From contig OZ024740.1 of NCBI GenBank assembly GCA_964016885.1, positions 192,386,001 through 192,450,000 on the forward strand: a stretch of DNA of 64,000 bases, read 5' to 3'. Position numbers and translations under genes: made by a program. The first letter of the stretch is position 1, and each line of letters starts with the position of its first letter. Positions 1 to 12,315 of the stretch are shown piece by piece. The notes below the pieces were generated by a model that had not been told where the DNA came from, searched no databases, and saw only the letters and a list, made by a program, of their open reading frames with translations. The DNA is from Eledone cirrhosa (taxonomy: Eukaryota).

Positions 1-949
1 AAGAAGAAGAAGAAGAAAACGCACATGGTAGATATATAGCGTTATGGAATCGCTCCCGTAAGTTTTTGATTGTTACTTCTTTAAAACAACTGTGATATAA
101 TAATTCTAATTACAAATGAACAATAAGCTTACAGTTTTCACGCTCAGCAAGCCATAATGCATCACTTAACGGCATAGAGCCCCAATATTTAATATTTAAT
201 TTTGGATCAGAAATGTTATAGTCGAAAAAGAGGAAAATGGCAAAATGGCTAAATAGCTAAATAGCTAAATGGCTAAGTGGAGATACAGAAAAATAATTTC
301 ACCACCAACACCACCACCGCCACCATCACCACTACCACGCTATAACTCTAGTCAAGTTACTTCAACTTCTATTTCTACTTTAACTTCAACACCATCACTA
401 CACTACTACGTTCACATCAGCACCACCACTGCCTCATTATCGCTACCGCCGCTATTCTCTCCCACTACCTCCTGCTAAGTACTACTAGCACAGCACCACC
501 ACCACCACTGACTCATTATCACTACCGCCGCTATTCTCTCCCACTACCTCCTGCTAAGACATGCATCGTAGTGTCCCCACTAAAAGAGGAAGGCATCAAC
601 AGATATAAATAGACTGATTTGATGACCCGGCCAAAAAATAAAAAAACCAAAAATAAAAATCAAAGCAGCACAGCAACAACGTAAAACGTAAAGAAAAGAA
701 AAATGAAGAGAAGAACAAACAGAAAGACAGAGAAGGGAGGGGAATAGCTAAGTCATACATTCAAACATTACATTACAATGAAACTTATGCTTATTCTTTT
801 GGGGGTTTTTTTGTTTGCCTGTTTGTTTGTTTGTTTATTTATGTTCGTCTACAGCGTGATAGTGCCACACACAAATCACCGGGAGTGATGAAATCACCGG
901 TGGTTATGTAACCAAACATTCACCAATCCTCGATAAGAGTGTTTAAATG

Positions 950-3499
950 TCGAGCCTAAAGAGTTCGATAACGGTGAAGTGGAAACTGGAATGTCATGTG
1001 ACAGACTCTGACCCAGCAGGTGCCCCCTGGCTCAGCAGCAGGGACCTGGCTGTCAACCAAATACTGCGGGTATCGGAGGAAGAAGAAGAAGGAAAGGGAC
1101 CGGAACCAACTGTACGAAATAATTTAATAGAACTGTTATGCAATGTTACCTGAAGTGTAACCCCGAGGAGAAAGGCTATAGGAAACGGATGCATAACATC
1201 TGGAACGAGATTGGTCTATTTAAATTAGATGAGCAAAAATTGGCCGGGCAGGCTCGGGTAATAAGAACCAATGGGTGGATAAGCGAGCTGGAACTGGAAG
1301 AACTGAGCAGAGAGATTAGGTTGGAAATTGAGAGTGGACTATGCCAGGCAAACGAGCCAGTGGGAAATGAGAGTGAAGAGGTTGAGAGAACGGAGGAAGC
1401 ATCCGAAGCAGACAATGATCTGAATGCTGAAATAAATAATACCTGGAACAAAGATACGGCCATTGAGGAGATGAATGCTGACGGGCTAGGACAAGATTTG
1501 GTTGATATCCTAAACTTAGTGGTAGATGAATTGAACAATGATAGTGGGAAACCTATGAACCTAAGATTTGAAGACAGGAAAAAGTTAAAAGAAACAACAG
1601 CTAATATAAACAAAGTCATCCCATACCTTGAGGCGAGGAGCCTTCACCAGTGCAACAATATCCTCAAAGCAACTGCAAATGTGGTGAGGAAATTACTTGG
1701 TATAAAAGCGAGAGGAAACAACAAACAAGAAAGATCAGAGACTTGGTGGAAGAAACGACTGAATGGTCAAATCAGGGAAATGAGAAATGACATTGGAAAG
1801 CTTGAGTCCCTACTGAATGGGACACTAAAAAACATAGACACTAAAAATAGACTGGAAATAAAGTACAAAACTAGGAGGAAAAAGCTAAATATTATCATAT
1901 AGGAACTGAAGCAACCCATTGTAGCAAAGAGTGCAAAAATTAGGCGATACGAGAGCAGAGTCAGTCAGTATCGACAGAACCGCATGTTTGACAACAACCA
2001 GAAGATGCTGTTGGGACAGCTTGAAGGGAAATAAAGAGGCAACGACTTGATCCCTGAGGCGGAACAAACTAAGCCATTCTGGAGAGGAATATGGGAGCAG
2101 GATGTTAAACATAATGACCAGGCAGTGTGGATTGAGACAGTACAAAAGGAGATTAGTGAACAGGCACACCAACAAACTGATTTGAGTATCACAGTTGAAA
2201 CTCTTAAGGGGCAGGCCAAAAAACTAACCAACTGGAAATCACCAGGCCCAGATGGTGTGCAAGGGTATTGGATTAAAAATATAACATCCCTCCACCCAAA
2301 ACTGACAATCATGTTCAATGACTGCTTGATGTCAGGTGAGGTACCAGAGTGGTTGACAAAAGGTACCACAGTTCTGGTAATGAAAGACCGAATCAAGGTT
2401 AATGATGTTACCAACTATAGACCTAACACATGTCTGTCCGTAATGTGGAAACTGTTGACAAGCATTATGTATGAGGAAATCTACCACCACCTCCACACAA
2501 ACAACTTGTTACCGGACGAACAGAAAGGATGCCGAAAGAAGTCCCGTGGTACAAAGGACCAGTTACTTATTGATAAGATGGTAATGAGGAATTGCAAGAG
2601 GAGACACACTGGTCTTGCCATGGGATGGATAGACTACAAAAAGGCATTTGACATGGTGCCTCATTCTTGGATCACCAAGAGCCTAGATATCTTCAAGGTG
2701 GTAGATAACATCAGACAGTTGTTGGGCAAAAGTATGAAGTCCTGGAAAACAGAGTTAACATCAGCTGGAGAATCCTTGGGAGGCGTGAAAATCAAGAGAG
2801 GTATCTTCCAGGGAGATAGTCTGTCCCCTCTGTTGTTTGTCCTTGCCCTGATGCCCCTGACCATTAAACTGCGAAAAGTGAGATCTGGATACAAGTTGGG
2901 AAACCGAGAACTTACCATCAATCACCTCCTCTTCATGGAGACATGATGTGATGGGCAGGGTGGTCCACTGGCACGTATGCAAAGTAAACAATTTACCACA
3001 TACTGAGAAGTGGTATGAGCATAATCCAGAGTCGGTGATAGAAAACGATCAGGTGAAGGTGCTGTGGGATTTTAGGATATAGACGGACAAGAAACTGGAA
3101 CACAAATTGACCTGAGCTGGTGGTTTTGGACAAAGAAAAAAGATCGCGCCTGATTGTGGATGTGGCCTGCCCATTCGATACGAGAGTGCAAGAGAAGGAG
3201 ATGGAGAAAATTAACAGATACCAGGACTTAAATTGGGAGATAAAAAGGATTTGGAACTGCCATGAAGTCAAAGTGGTCCCGACAGTCATAGGCGCACTAG
3301 GTACTATCACAAAAAATTTCCAGGTATGGTTAAAGAAAATTGGCCCCGCCTCGCTTTTTGGAATGCTTCAAAAGGCATGCTTGCTGGGAACAGCAAGAAC
3401 CCTCCGATACGTCCTGAATATGTGATGCTGCAGGTAGTGGCTTGATATTCATTTCAACAAACTTTCCAATTAACTAACATCAATGTCTGAGACTCAAAG

Positions 3500-3531
<32 letters not shown>

Positions 3532-3542
3532 TAATAATAATA
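950..3542 (+). mobile_element. Dong/R4-clade RLE non-LTR retrotransposon, copy A (near full length, internally deleted, disabled)
   Basis: ORF pieces 1138-1902 (N-terminal MQCYLKCNPEEKGYRKRMHNIW), 2047-2946 (RT: NWKSPGPDG, WIDYKKAFDMVPH, GIFQGDSLSPLLF, HLLFM) and 3120-3425 (RLE: LIVDVACPFD...KINRYQDL). Ends in (TAA)n at 3501-3542. The sequence jumps from RT 'HLLFM' directly to the RHD motif at ~2940. Confidence 0.9.
2047..2946 (+). pseudogene. Reverse transcriptase fragment of Dong/R4 copy A
   Basis: RT motifs EQKGCRK, DQLLID, DYKKAFD, QGDSLSP; truncated by a deletion at the catalytic FMDD. Confidence 0.88.
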
Positions 3543-3543
3543 A

Positions 3544-5976
3544 GGGAAGAACAGTTGCGCTTGTCTCTAAGAAAAAACAGCAAATGGAAATCCCCAGGAA
3601 AAGACAAAATACAAAACTTTTGGATAAATGCCTTCACAGAGTCTCATGAGCTGTTAGCCCAACTTTACAATGAAATAGTTAAGGAGCCAGAAAAGATACC
3701 TTCATGGCTAGTTAACGGCATTACATTCCTGCTTCCGAATAATGATGAGACAAACAATCCCAAAAATTACAGACCGATAACTTGCTTGACAACAATGTAT
3801 AACATTTTAACATCAGTCCTAACTGAAAACACATATGACCACATGATAACAATGACCTATTTCCCATTGAGCAGAAAGGGTTTAAACGAGGCTCATATGG
3901 CTGTAAGGATCAGCTTCTGGTTAACAAAATGATACTGGAAGATTGTCATAATAGACACAAAAATCTATCGATTGCTTGGATAGATTATAAAAAAGCATTT
4001 GATAGTTTGCCACACAGTTGGATTGAAAAATGTTTAGAGATTTTCAAAGTATCCCCCGTTGTCAGGAGGTTTCTGTCCTTCAGTATGAAGACATGGAAAA
4101 CGACACTCCTTTTGAATAGTGAAACAAAATCACTGGAAGCTGGAGAAGTTAATATTAAGTGTGGAATTTTTCAGGGTGACTCTTTATCACCGCTTTTATT
4201 CTGCATCGCACTTATACCATTAAGTAAAATGCTCAATGAAACAAAACATGGATATAAAGTCTATGACAAAACCATTAATCACCTGTTCTACATGGATGAC
4301 CTGAAACTATTTGCAAAAAATGATGAAGAATTGCAAGGGCTATTATCCACTGTGAAGCAGTTCAGTGATGACATTAAAATGGAGTTTGGACTAGGTAAAT
4401 GCGCCAAAGCAACGTTCACCAGAGGAAAGCTGCTGAAGAGTTCAGATATTAATCTTGATCGGGGGAACGTGATAAGAGAACTTGATCAAGAAAAAACTTA
4501 CAAATATCTAGGTGTTTGTGAAGGAGACGGAATCAAGCACTCGACAATGAGGGAAAGGAAGGAATGTTACCGCAGAGTAAGAGCAATCTTAAGAACGGAA
4601 TTGAATTCAAGGAATAGGATCGATGCCATAAACACGCTTGCCATACCAGTAGTAACCTACAGTTACAATGTCATCAACTGGTCAAGCACAGAGATCCGTA
4701 GGCTCGATACAAAAATTCGAAAATTCTTAACCATGCACAGAATGCATCACCCTAAGGCAGATATAGATATAATATATCTCCCTAGGAAAGAAGGAGGACG
4801 TGGGTTAATCCAGTTAGACATTGCGTTGAAAACTGCAACAATTGGATTATCTACATATCTTAGGGAAACACATGATTGGATGATCAAACTCGTTTTGAAA
4901 CACGAAAGCATCAAAAGATCATATTCCATTACAAAAGATGCACAAAGATACAGTAATGGACTACAAATTTCAGAAGTCCCATTTACTGCTGAAATGGAAA
5001 ACACAGAAAAAGCAAAGCAGGTAAAAGTAACTGCAAAGAAAGAACTGCTACAGAAACTGGCTAAGAAATGGCAAGAAAAGACTCTGTATGGAAAATACCC
5101 AGAACGAGCTAACAATCCTGATGTTGACAAAACTTTAACCCATCAGTGGTTGGCATCCTCTGGACTGAAATCGGAGACTGGAGGACTCATTATATCGGCA
5201 CAAGATCAGTATCTGCCAACAAAAAATTACCAAGCCAACATAATAAAAAATGGGTGCAGCCCATTATGCCGTGTATGCAAAAAACAACCAGAGACCATTG
5301 ACCATATAATTTCAATGTGCAGTCCTATAGCTCCAACCGAATACCTAAACAGGCATGACAGAGCTGCACAATACATACATTGGATAATGTGTAAGCATTG
5401 TGACCTGCCCCATCAAAAGAATTGGTGGGAGCATCAACCACCTCCCATACTTGAAAAAGATCACATCTCAATCTTGTGGAACTTTAGCATCCAAACAGAC
5501 CGAAAAATAAATGCAAACAGACCTGATATAATATTGAAAGACTTTCAAAAGAGGGTATGCCTGCTAATTGATATGTCTGTTCCAATAGACAAGAATGTAT
5601 CTATAAAAACATTTGAAAAATTGAGCAACTATAAGGACCTGGAGATAGAAATTGGAAAAATGTGGAAATTGAGAACTAAAACAATACCAGTGGTTGTAGG
5701 CGCTCTGGAAATGATACCTAAGGGGTCTAATGATTACATATCGCAAATCCCAGGAAACCCGCGTATAGGAGAAATACAAAAGATAGTATTAATGGGAACT
5801 GCCCATATACTAAGGAAGATTCTGTCAATATAAGTACATCACAAGTCTAAACACTAAAGATGCATGTGTGAGTATGTATGTTCTTTCTTGAACATGGCAG
5901 ACCTTGTTGTCTCTTGAGGTCACTGGTTGTGACTTGGTGATAACTCGTATGAACATAAAGCAAGATAAATGCAACT

Positions 5977-6025
<49 letters not shown>
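3544..6025 (+). mobile_element. Dong/R4-clade LINE copy B (5'-truncated) with (TAA)n tail
   Basis: Starts immediately after copy A's TAA tail. RT N-terminus at 3544-3930 is frameshifted into a 634-aa ORF. ~145-nt 3' UTR, then (TAA)n at 5977-6025. Confidence 0.93.
3929..5833 (+). CDS. RT + CCHC zinc knuckle + restriction-like endonuclease of Dong/R4 copy B (uninterrupted 634 aa, N-terminally incomplete)
   Basis: YMDD catalytic motif, QGDSLSP, GGRGL, CRVC..ETIDHIISMC, RHD, RPDII..LLIDMSVP..K..YKDL (PD-(D/E)xK). Confidence 0.88.
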   Translation: MILEDCHNRHKNLSIAWIDYKKAFDSLPHSWIEKCLEIFKVSPVVRRFLSFSMKTWKTTLLLNSETKSLEAGEVNIKCGIFQGDSLSPLLFCIALIPLSKMLNETKHGYKVYDKTINHLFYMDDLKLFAKNDEELQGLLSTVKQFSDDIKMEFGLGKCAKATFTRGKLLKSSDINLDRGNVIRELDQEKTYKYLGVCEGDGIKHSTMRERKECYRRVRAILRTELNSRNRIDAINTLAIPVVTYSYNVINWSSTEIRRLDTKIRKFLTMHRMHHPKADIDIIYLPRKEGGRGLIQLDIALKTATIGLSTYLRETHDWMIKLVLKHESIKRSYSITKDAQRYSNGLQISEVPFTAEMENTEKAKQVKVTAKKELLQKLAKKWQEKTLYGKYPERANNPDVDKTLTHQWLASSGLKSETGGLIISAQDQYLPTKNYQANIIKNGCSPLCRVCKKQPETIDHIISMCSPIAPTEYLNRHDRAAQYIHWIMCKHCDLPHQKNWWEHQPPPILEKDHISILWNFSIQTDRKINANRPDIILKDFQKRVCLLIDMSVPIDKNVSIKTFEKLSNYKDLEIEIGKMWKLRTKTIPVVVGALEMIPKGSNDYISQIPGNPRIGEIQKIVLMGTAHILRKILSI

Positions 6026-6027
<2 letters not shown>

Positions 6028-8590
6028 TCAATACCACCGAAGGAGGAAGTGCAATAATTCTGGGAAAAAAACTGGGCCGAAGAAAAAGTTCATAATATGC
6101 ATGCCCCATGGATAGACAGACAAATGAATGATACAGCTCACCTTGAGGAACAAATATGGGAAAATATAACAGTTGAACAGTTGCGTTTGACTCTTAGAAA
6201 AACCAGCAAATGGAAATCCTCAGGAAAAGACAAAATACCAAATTTTGGGATAAATACCTTAACAGAGTCTCATGAGCTGTTAGCCCAACTTTACAATGAA
6301 ATAGTTAAGGAGCCAGAAAAGATACAATCATGGCTAGTTAACGGCATTACATTCCTACTTCCGAAGAATGATGATACAAAAAATCCCCAAAATTACAGAC
6401 CGATAATTTGCTTGACCACAATGTATAACATTTTAACATCCGTCCTAACTGAATATACATATGTCCACCTGATAACAAATGACCTATTTCCCTTTGAGCA
6501 GAAAGGGTGTAAACGAGGCTCATATGGCTGTAATGTTCAGCTTTTGGTTAACAAAATGATACAGGACGATTGTCATAATAGACACAAAAATCGATCAATT
6601 GATTGGATAGATTATAAAAAAGCATTCGATTGTTTGCCACACAGTTGGATTGAAAAATGTTTAGAGATTTTAAAAATATCTCCCGTTGTCAGGAGGTTCC
6701 TGTCATTCAGTATGAAGACATTGAAAACGACACTCCTTTTGAATAGTGAAAAATAAATCACTGGAAGCTGGAGAAGTTAATATTAATTGTGGAATTTTTC
6801 AGGGTGACTCTTTATCACCGCTTTTATTCTGCATCGCACTTATACCATTAAGTAAAATGCTCAATGAAACAAAACATGGATATAATGTCTGTGACAAAAC
6901 CATTAATCACTTGTTCTACATGGATGACCTGAAACTATTTGCTAAAAATGATGAAGAATTGCAAGGCTTATTATCCACTGTGAAGCAGTTCAGTGATGAC
7001 ATTAAATTGGAGTTTGGACTAGATAAATGGGACAAAGCAACGTTCACCAGAGGAAAACTGCTGAAAAGTTCCGACATTAATCTTGTTCGGGGGAATGTGA
7101 TAAGAGAACTTGATCAAGAGGAAACTTACAAATATCTAGGTGCTTGTGAAGGAGACGGAATCAAGCACTCGACAATGAGGGAAAGGATAAGGAAGGAATG
7201 TTACCGCAGAGTAAGAGCAAACTTAAGAACGGAATTGAATGCAAGGAATAGGATCGATGCCATAAACACGCTTGCCATACCAGTAGTAACCTACAGTTAC
7301 AATGTCATCAACTGGTCAAGCACAGAGATCCGTAGCCTCGATACAAAAATTAAAAAATTCTTAACCATGCTCAAAATGCATCACCCTAAGTCAGATACAG
7401 ATAGAATATATCTCCCTAGGTAAGAAAGAGGAGGTAGGTTAATCCAGTTAGATATTGCGTTGAAAACTGCAACAATTGGATTATCTACATATCTAAGCAA
7501 CAAAAGATCATACTCCATTACAAAAGTTGCACAAAGATACAGTAATAGACTACCAATTTCAGAAGTCCCATTTACTGCTGAAATGAAAAACACAGAAAAA
7601 GCAAAGCAGGTAATAGTAGCTGCAAAGAAAGAACTGCTACAGAAACTGGCTAAGAAATGGCAAGAAAAGCCTCTTCTATATGGAAAATACCCAGAAAGAG
7701 CTAACAATCCTGATGTTGACAGAACTTTAACCCATTAGTGGTTGGCATCCTCTGGACTGAAATCGGAGACTGAAGGACTGATTATATCAGCACAAGATCA
7801 GTGTCTGCCAACAAAAAATTACCAAGCCAACATGATAAAAAATGGTTGCAACCCATTATGCCGTGTATGTAAAAAACAACCAGAGACCATTGATTTCAAT
7901 GTGCAGTCCTATAGCTCCAACCGAATACCTAAACAGGCATGACAGAGCTGCACAATACATACATTGGATAATGTGTAAGTATTTTGACCTGCCCCATCAA
8001 AAGAATTGGTGGGAGCATCAACCACCACCCGTACTTGAAAAAGATCACATCTCAATCTTGTGGAACTTTAGCATCCAAACAGTCCGAAAAATAGATGCAA
8101 ATAGACATGATATAATACTGAAGGACTTTAAAAAGAGGGTATGCCTGCTAATTGATATGTCCGTTCCAATAGACAAGAATGTATCTATAAAAACATTTGA
8201 ACAATTGAGCAAGTATAAGGACCTGGAGATAGAAATTGGAAACATTTGGAGATTGAGAACTAAAAAAAACAGTGGTCGTAGGCGCTCTAGGAATGATACC
8301 TAAGTGATCTAATGAATACTTATCGCAAATCCCAGGAATCCCGCGTATAGGAGAGATACAAAAGATAGTACTAATGGAAAGTGCCCATATACTAAGGAAG
8401 ATTCTGTCAATATAAGTACATCACAATTCTAAACACCTAATGATGCATGTGTGTGTATATATGTTTTTCTTGAACATGGCAGACCTTGTTGTATCTTGAG
8501 GTCACTGGTTGTGACTTGGTGATAACGCATATGAACATAAAGCAAGATAACTGCAACTGTAATAATAATAATAATAATTATTATAATAAT
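6026..8590 (+). mobile_element. Dong/R4-clade LINE copy C (same family as B; 5'-truncated, multiple stops and frameshifts)
   Basis: ORF pieces 6097-6756, 6746-7423 (YMDD), 7460-7738, 7742-7942 and 7842-8303 are collinear with copy B. The 3' UTR is nearly identical to B's. (TAA)n at 8560-8590. Confidence 0.93.
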
Positions 8591-9728
8591 GATATCTTTA
8601 TTGGCCACAAGGGCTGACATCAAGAAAAACATTACAGACGGTACAGGAGGGTACGATGTGGGTTTTGTGCGTGTAAATATTTTTATTATTTATATAAGAA
8701 AAGAAGAAAAGACATGGGAACATATATATATATATATAAACAATAAAAATGAAAATTGAAACAATGAAAAAATCCCCAATAAGGGGGAAGACTCCGAGGG
8801 TTACTCGTGGCGAAAACCACACAGAAGACCACGGCCACCCTGACCACCAGTGCAAGCGCCCTCTCTCAATTTTTCCAGACGTATATTCAGAGCTGTCCCG
8901 TTCACTCGGACCATTCTAGTTACATTCACCCACCTTTCAACAAACTTGCTACAAGGCAGCACTTGCCTCTCCACCATGATTTTCCTCTTCAAGTGAAACT
9001 TGAAAAACTTAATCAGGGATTCGCCGAAGAGGAAAGTATCTATCTTTAACCCTTTCAACACGTCCACCACACAATCTCTTTCGCCATGATCACCAGACAG
9101 ATGAAAACCGCCTGCCCTTCCTCCTCGAAGGAAGACGGCGAGACCATCTGCACAATTGACTCAGTCGATAACCGGATCAATACTACACGTGACAGCAACT
9201 GTTCGACATATCTTCACGAGTTAGCAATGCTCGGACAGTGAACGAGTGCGTGCACGACGCTTTCATCACTCTGCGTGAATCTCGGACGGGCTCGGCTGAC
9301 GGCACTTCCGTGCCTGTAGAGCTTATCTCGAACGGGCAACCCTCCCCGGTAGCACTGCCAGGCCAAGGATTTTTGGAAGTTATCCATAGGCCCTGGGTTG
9401 AAAGTTCTCCGGAAGAGAGCAAACAGCTGATCTTCTTCGACGCCCAGGATCTCTCCGAGAACGTCGTCGCTCTTCCTCTCCACTAGTCCTCTATAGAACG
9501 CTGAGATGGATGTTCCACCGATACTGGTGTCCTGCTGGCAGAGGTCAGTGAGCGCCTGGAGACATTCCAGTTTCCAAACGCTATCCATCAGTCTTTTCCT
9601 GACCAAGGACTGCAGCTCCGTCAAGGAAACGAGCTGTGGGAAAACGTGCCCGGCGAACGGTGACCACACCTGTTCACCGTCAAGGAAGCACCAGAGATGT
9701 CGCAGCGTCAGCGCATGTTTGCGCATCA

Positions 9729-10946
9729 TCAGCCACGGGTGCCTAGTCCTCCATGCAACGAGTGTTGACAGCAGATGGATCGTCTGATCATGGAAGCGCG
9801 TCCCTTCCACAAAAAGCGGAAGAGGAGGCGCTCCATTTTGGTGAGAGTTGGGTCGGGGCAAGGGATGAAAGTGAGGCGGTAGCAAATGATGGATGCGATG
9901 TACGCATTCGCCACCTCCGCACGGCCTTTCAGGCACAGCTTCCTCTCGGCCCATTTCTGGGTGAGGGAGCCCACCTTGCTCGTCTCCTCGCTCCAGTTTT
10001 TCTCCATCTGGAGGTCCGGTCCGAACCAGAGCCCGAGCAATTTAACCGGACTGTCCGTCCAACGCCCCACGACGCTGTCGGACGGTATCGACTTGCCTCT
10101 CCAGGTGCCGAGCGGCAAGCCCACGGACTTTTCCTGGTTTATCTTTGCTCCTGTCACCGCTACGTATTCCTTGAGAGCGGTGCCGAGCATCTGGGCGTGT
10201 CTGGTGCTCGACACCAACACGGTGATGTCGTCGGCGAAAGCCGACTCGAATTTCCCGCATCCTAGTACGCGTGGCGCGCCCCTCATCGCCCCTACTTTGT
10301 GCAGTAACGGTTCGAGAGCAAATCCGTACAAGAGGGACGAGAGGGGACAACCCTGGCGGACCGAGCGCATCATGCTAAACGGCTGCATCAGGTGAAAGTT
10401 CAGCCTCACAAATGAGCAGATGTCGCTGTACATCGCAGCGATCCAACCCCTGAAAACGGGCTCGAAACCGGCAGCCTCGAGGACGGCCGCCAGGTACCGA
10501 TGGTCGACCCTATCGAAGGCTTTGGATTGATCCAAGTTGATCAGGGCCCCACCCGTGCCAGGTTCCTTAACCACCCTCTCTATAATGTATTGCATGAGGT
10601 GGACGTTGTCGTGTATGGATCTGTCCGGTATGGCGTATGTCTGCGCCTCTCCCACCAGTCCCTTGACGACAAGCGCTAACCTCGTTGCTAACACCTTGGC
10701 CAAAATCTTGAACTCTGCGTTTAGCAGGGTTAGAAGCCTGAAGTTATCGATAACATCCCCCTTGTTCGGGTCTTTTCTCAGCAGCGCCACCGCTCCCCGG
10801 CTCATAAAAGTGGGAATGCTCCCGTTCTGCTGCCAGTTGCAGTAGACGTCTGCCAAGAGGTCACCGAACAAATCTGGCATAAATGCATAAAGCTCGTAGG
10901 CCAGACAATCAAAACCTGGCGATTTACTCCTCGTGCTGTTAGACAT
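9729..10946 (-). pseudogene. RT domain of Tx1 element
   Basis: LNAEFKILAK, DQSKAFDRVDH, RQGCPLS, FADD, KLLG. Confidence 0.88.
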
Positions 10947-11799
10947 CGCTTCCGTATTTCACCGGCTGTTATTGGCTTTTCGCAACACTGTGCTGCGGTC
11001 GTCGAGAGACGAGGCAGTCCGTCGAGGTATGGACTGAGGTCCATACCCCGATCCGGCCGCCGCTGCTCCCAAACATTTCAGCAAAGTGCTGCTGAAAAGC
11101 TTCACACATCCGCTCGGGTTCGAGCAACTCGCGCCGGTTTTGGTCAGAAAAAGACCGAATGTGTTGCCACGTCGCGCCTCTGCCACCTGGGCCCATTGGA
11201 CGGCTTTTGTCCCCTCGTGTTTCAGAGCACGCGCTCTAGCTATGACAACGCAGCCTACGTGTTTTGCGTTGAAGAATTGGTCGAGTGCCAATCTCGCTGC
11301 AAGCACGTCGGTTGCGATGCCTGTCCTAAACGCCTCTTCTAGCTTACTGACTAGCTCTCCCTTTACTCTATTTTCCTCTATCACTAGTCCATTGCTAAAC
11401 CTAATCGACTCTACTATAATTGCCCTTTTCAAGGCGAACCACAACCTGTTGTTGATGACCGCTCCCGTCAATGCCCGCTTAACTAATACGCTAATCCGGT
11501 CTCTGTAGGATTTGCGCGCCGGGAAATACGCGTTCAGCTTCCAGTAACCAGTGCCTTGTCTATGAAGTCTGTCTATGTTGATTTCACACATCACAAAATT
11601 GTGGTCTGTGTAGTCGACTATTTTAAATTGTGGACAACTTATACCAGCCTTATCTAGTTCTCTGCAGATTACCCTGCGAGATACGATCTGGATGACCCGA
11701 TGCGTTTGTCCATGCCCATATTGGCACATTCGGGGGATCCAGTCGATACCTGTCAGATAGTTCAAAACGTCTGAGCAGGTTGGTGAGTCTCTTGCACCT

Positions 11800-12315
11800 T
11801 CATCCCCTATCCACTAGCCCCAGACAATCCCAGCGGGCATTCAAGATACCGTTCCAGTCGCCCACTAACACTAAAGAGCGGGACATTCCAATAAAGGTAT
11901 CTAGACGTCTGAAGAAAACAGGCCGTCCTGCCCCAGCTGGGGCGTAGACGGCTACTAGCCTGAAAGAATTGCCTTCGCTGCCGGTCACGTCCAGCACCAC
12001 CGACTTATCTTCTGGGTCTAGGAAGATGGCCCGTGTGGCGAGATCCAAGCCTCCTCGAAAAAGTACGGCAACCCCTCCACCCGATCCTGGACGACTGGGA
12101 GATGCGTATACATCGTAGCCACCGAAGATCGGTGCGAATGCTTGTGCTTCGGAGATTCTAGTCTCGCTGATGGCCACCACAACTATGTTTAGTGACCTGA
12201 GGTCATTGAGCAGGTGACCCTGCTTCCAAGATGACCCCAGGCCACGTGAATTTATACTGCCTATTCTGAGTACGGCCATGTTGGATGAGAAACGGGGCAA
12301 GCGAGAAAGGGTCAC
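11800..12315 (-). pseudogene. APE endonuclease domain of Tx1 element
   Basis: GSINSRGL, ISETR, AVYAP, LVGDWN. Confidence 0.85.

Noticed and set aside
870-915. gtgatgaaatcaccggtggtt near the Dong A 5' end as a possible ribozyme
   Set aside because: I could not fit a complete HHR or HDV-like fold by eye; it would need a covariance-model search.
9753-11508. Plus-strand ORFs antisense to the Tx1 ORF2 (likewise antisense ORFs over the other LINEs)
   Set aside because: Shadow ORFs of GC-rich coding sequence with no independent motifs.
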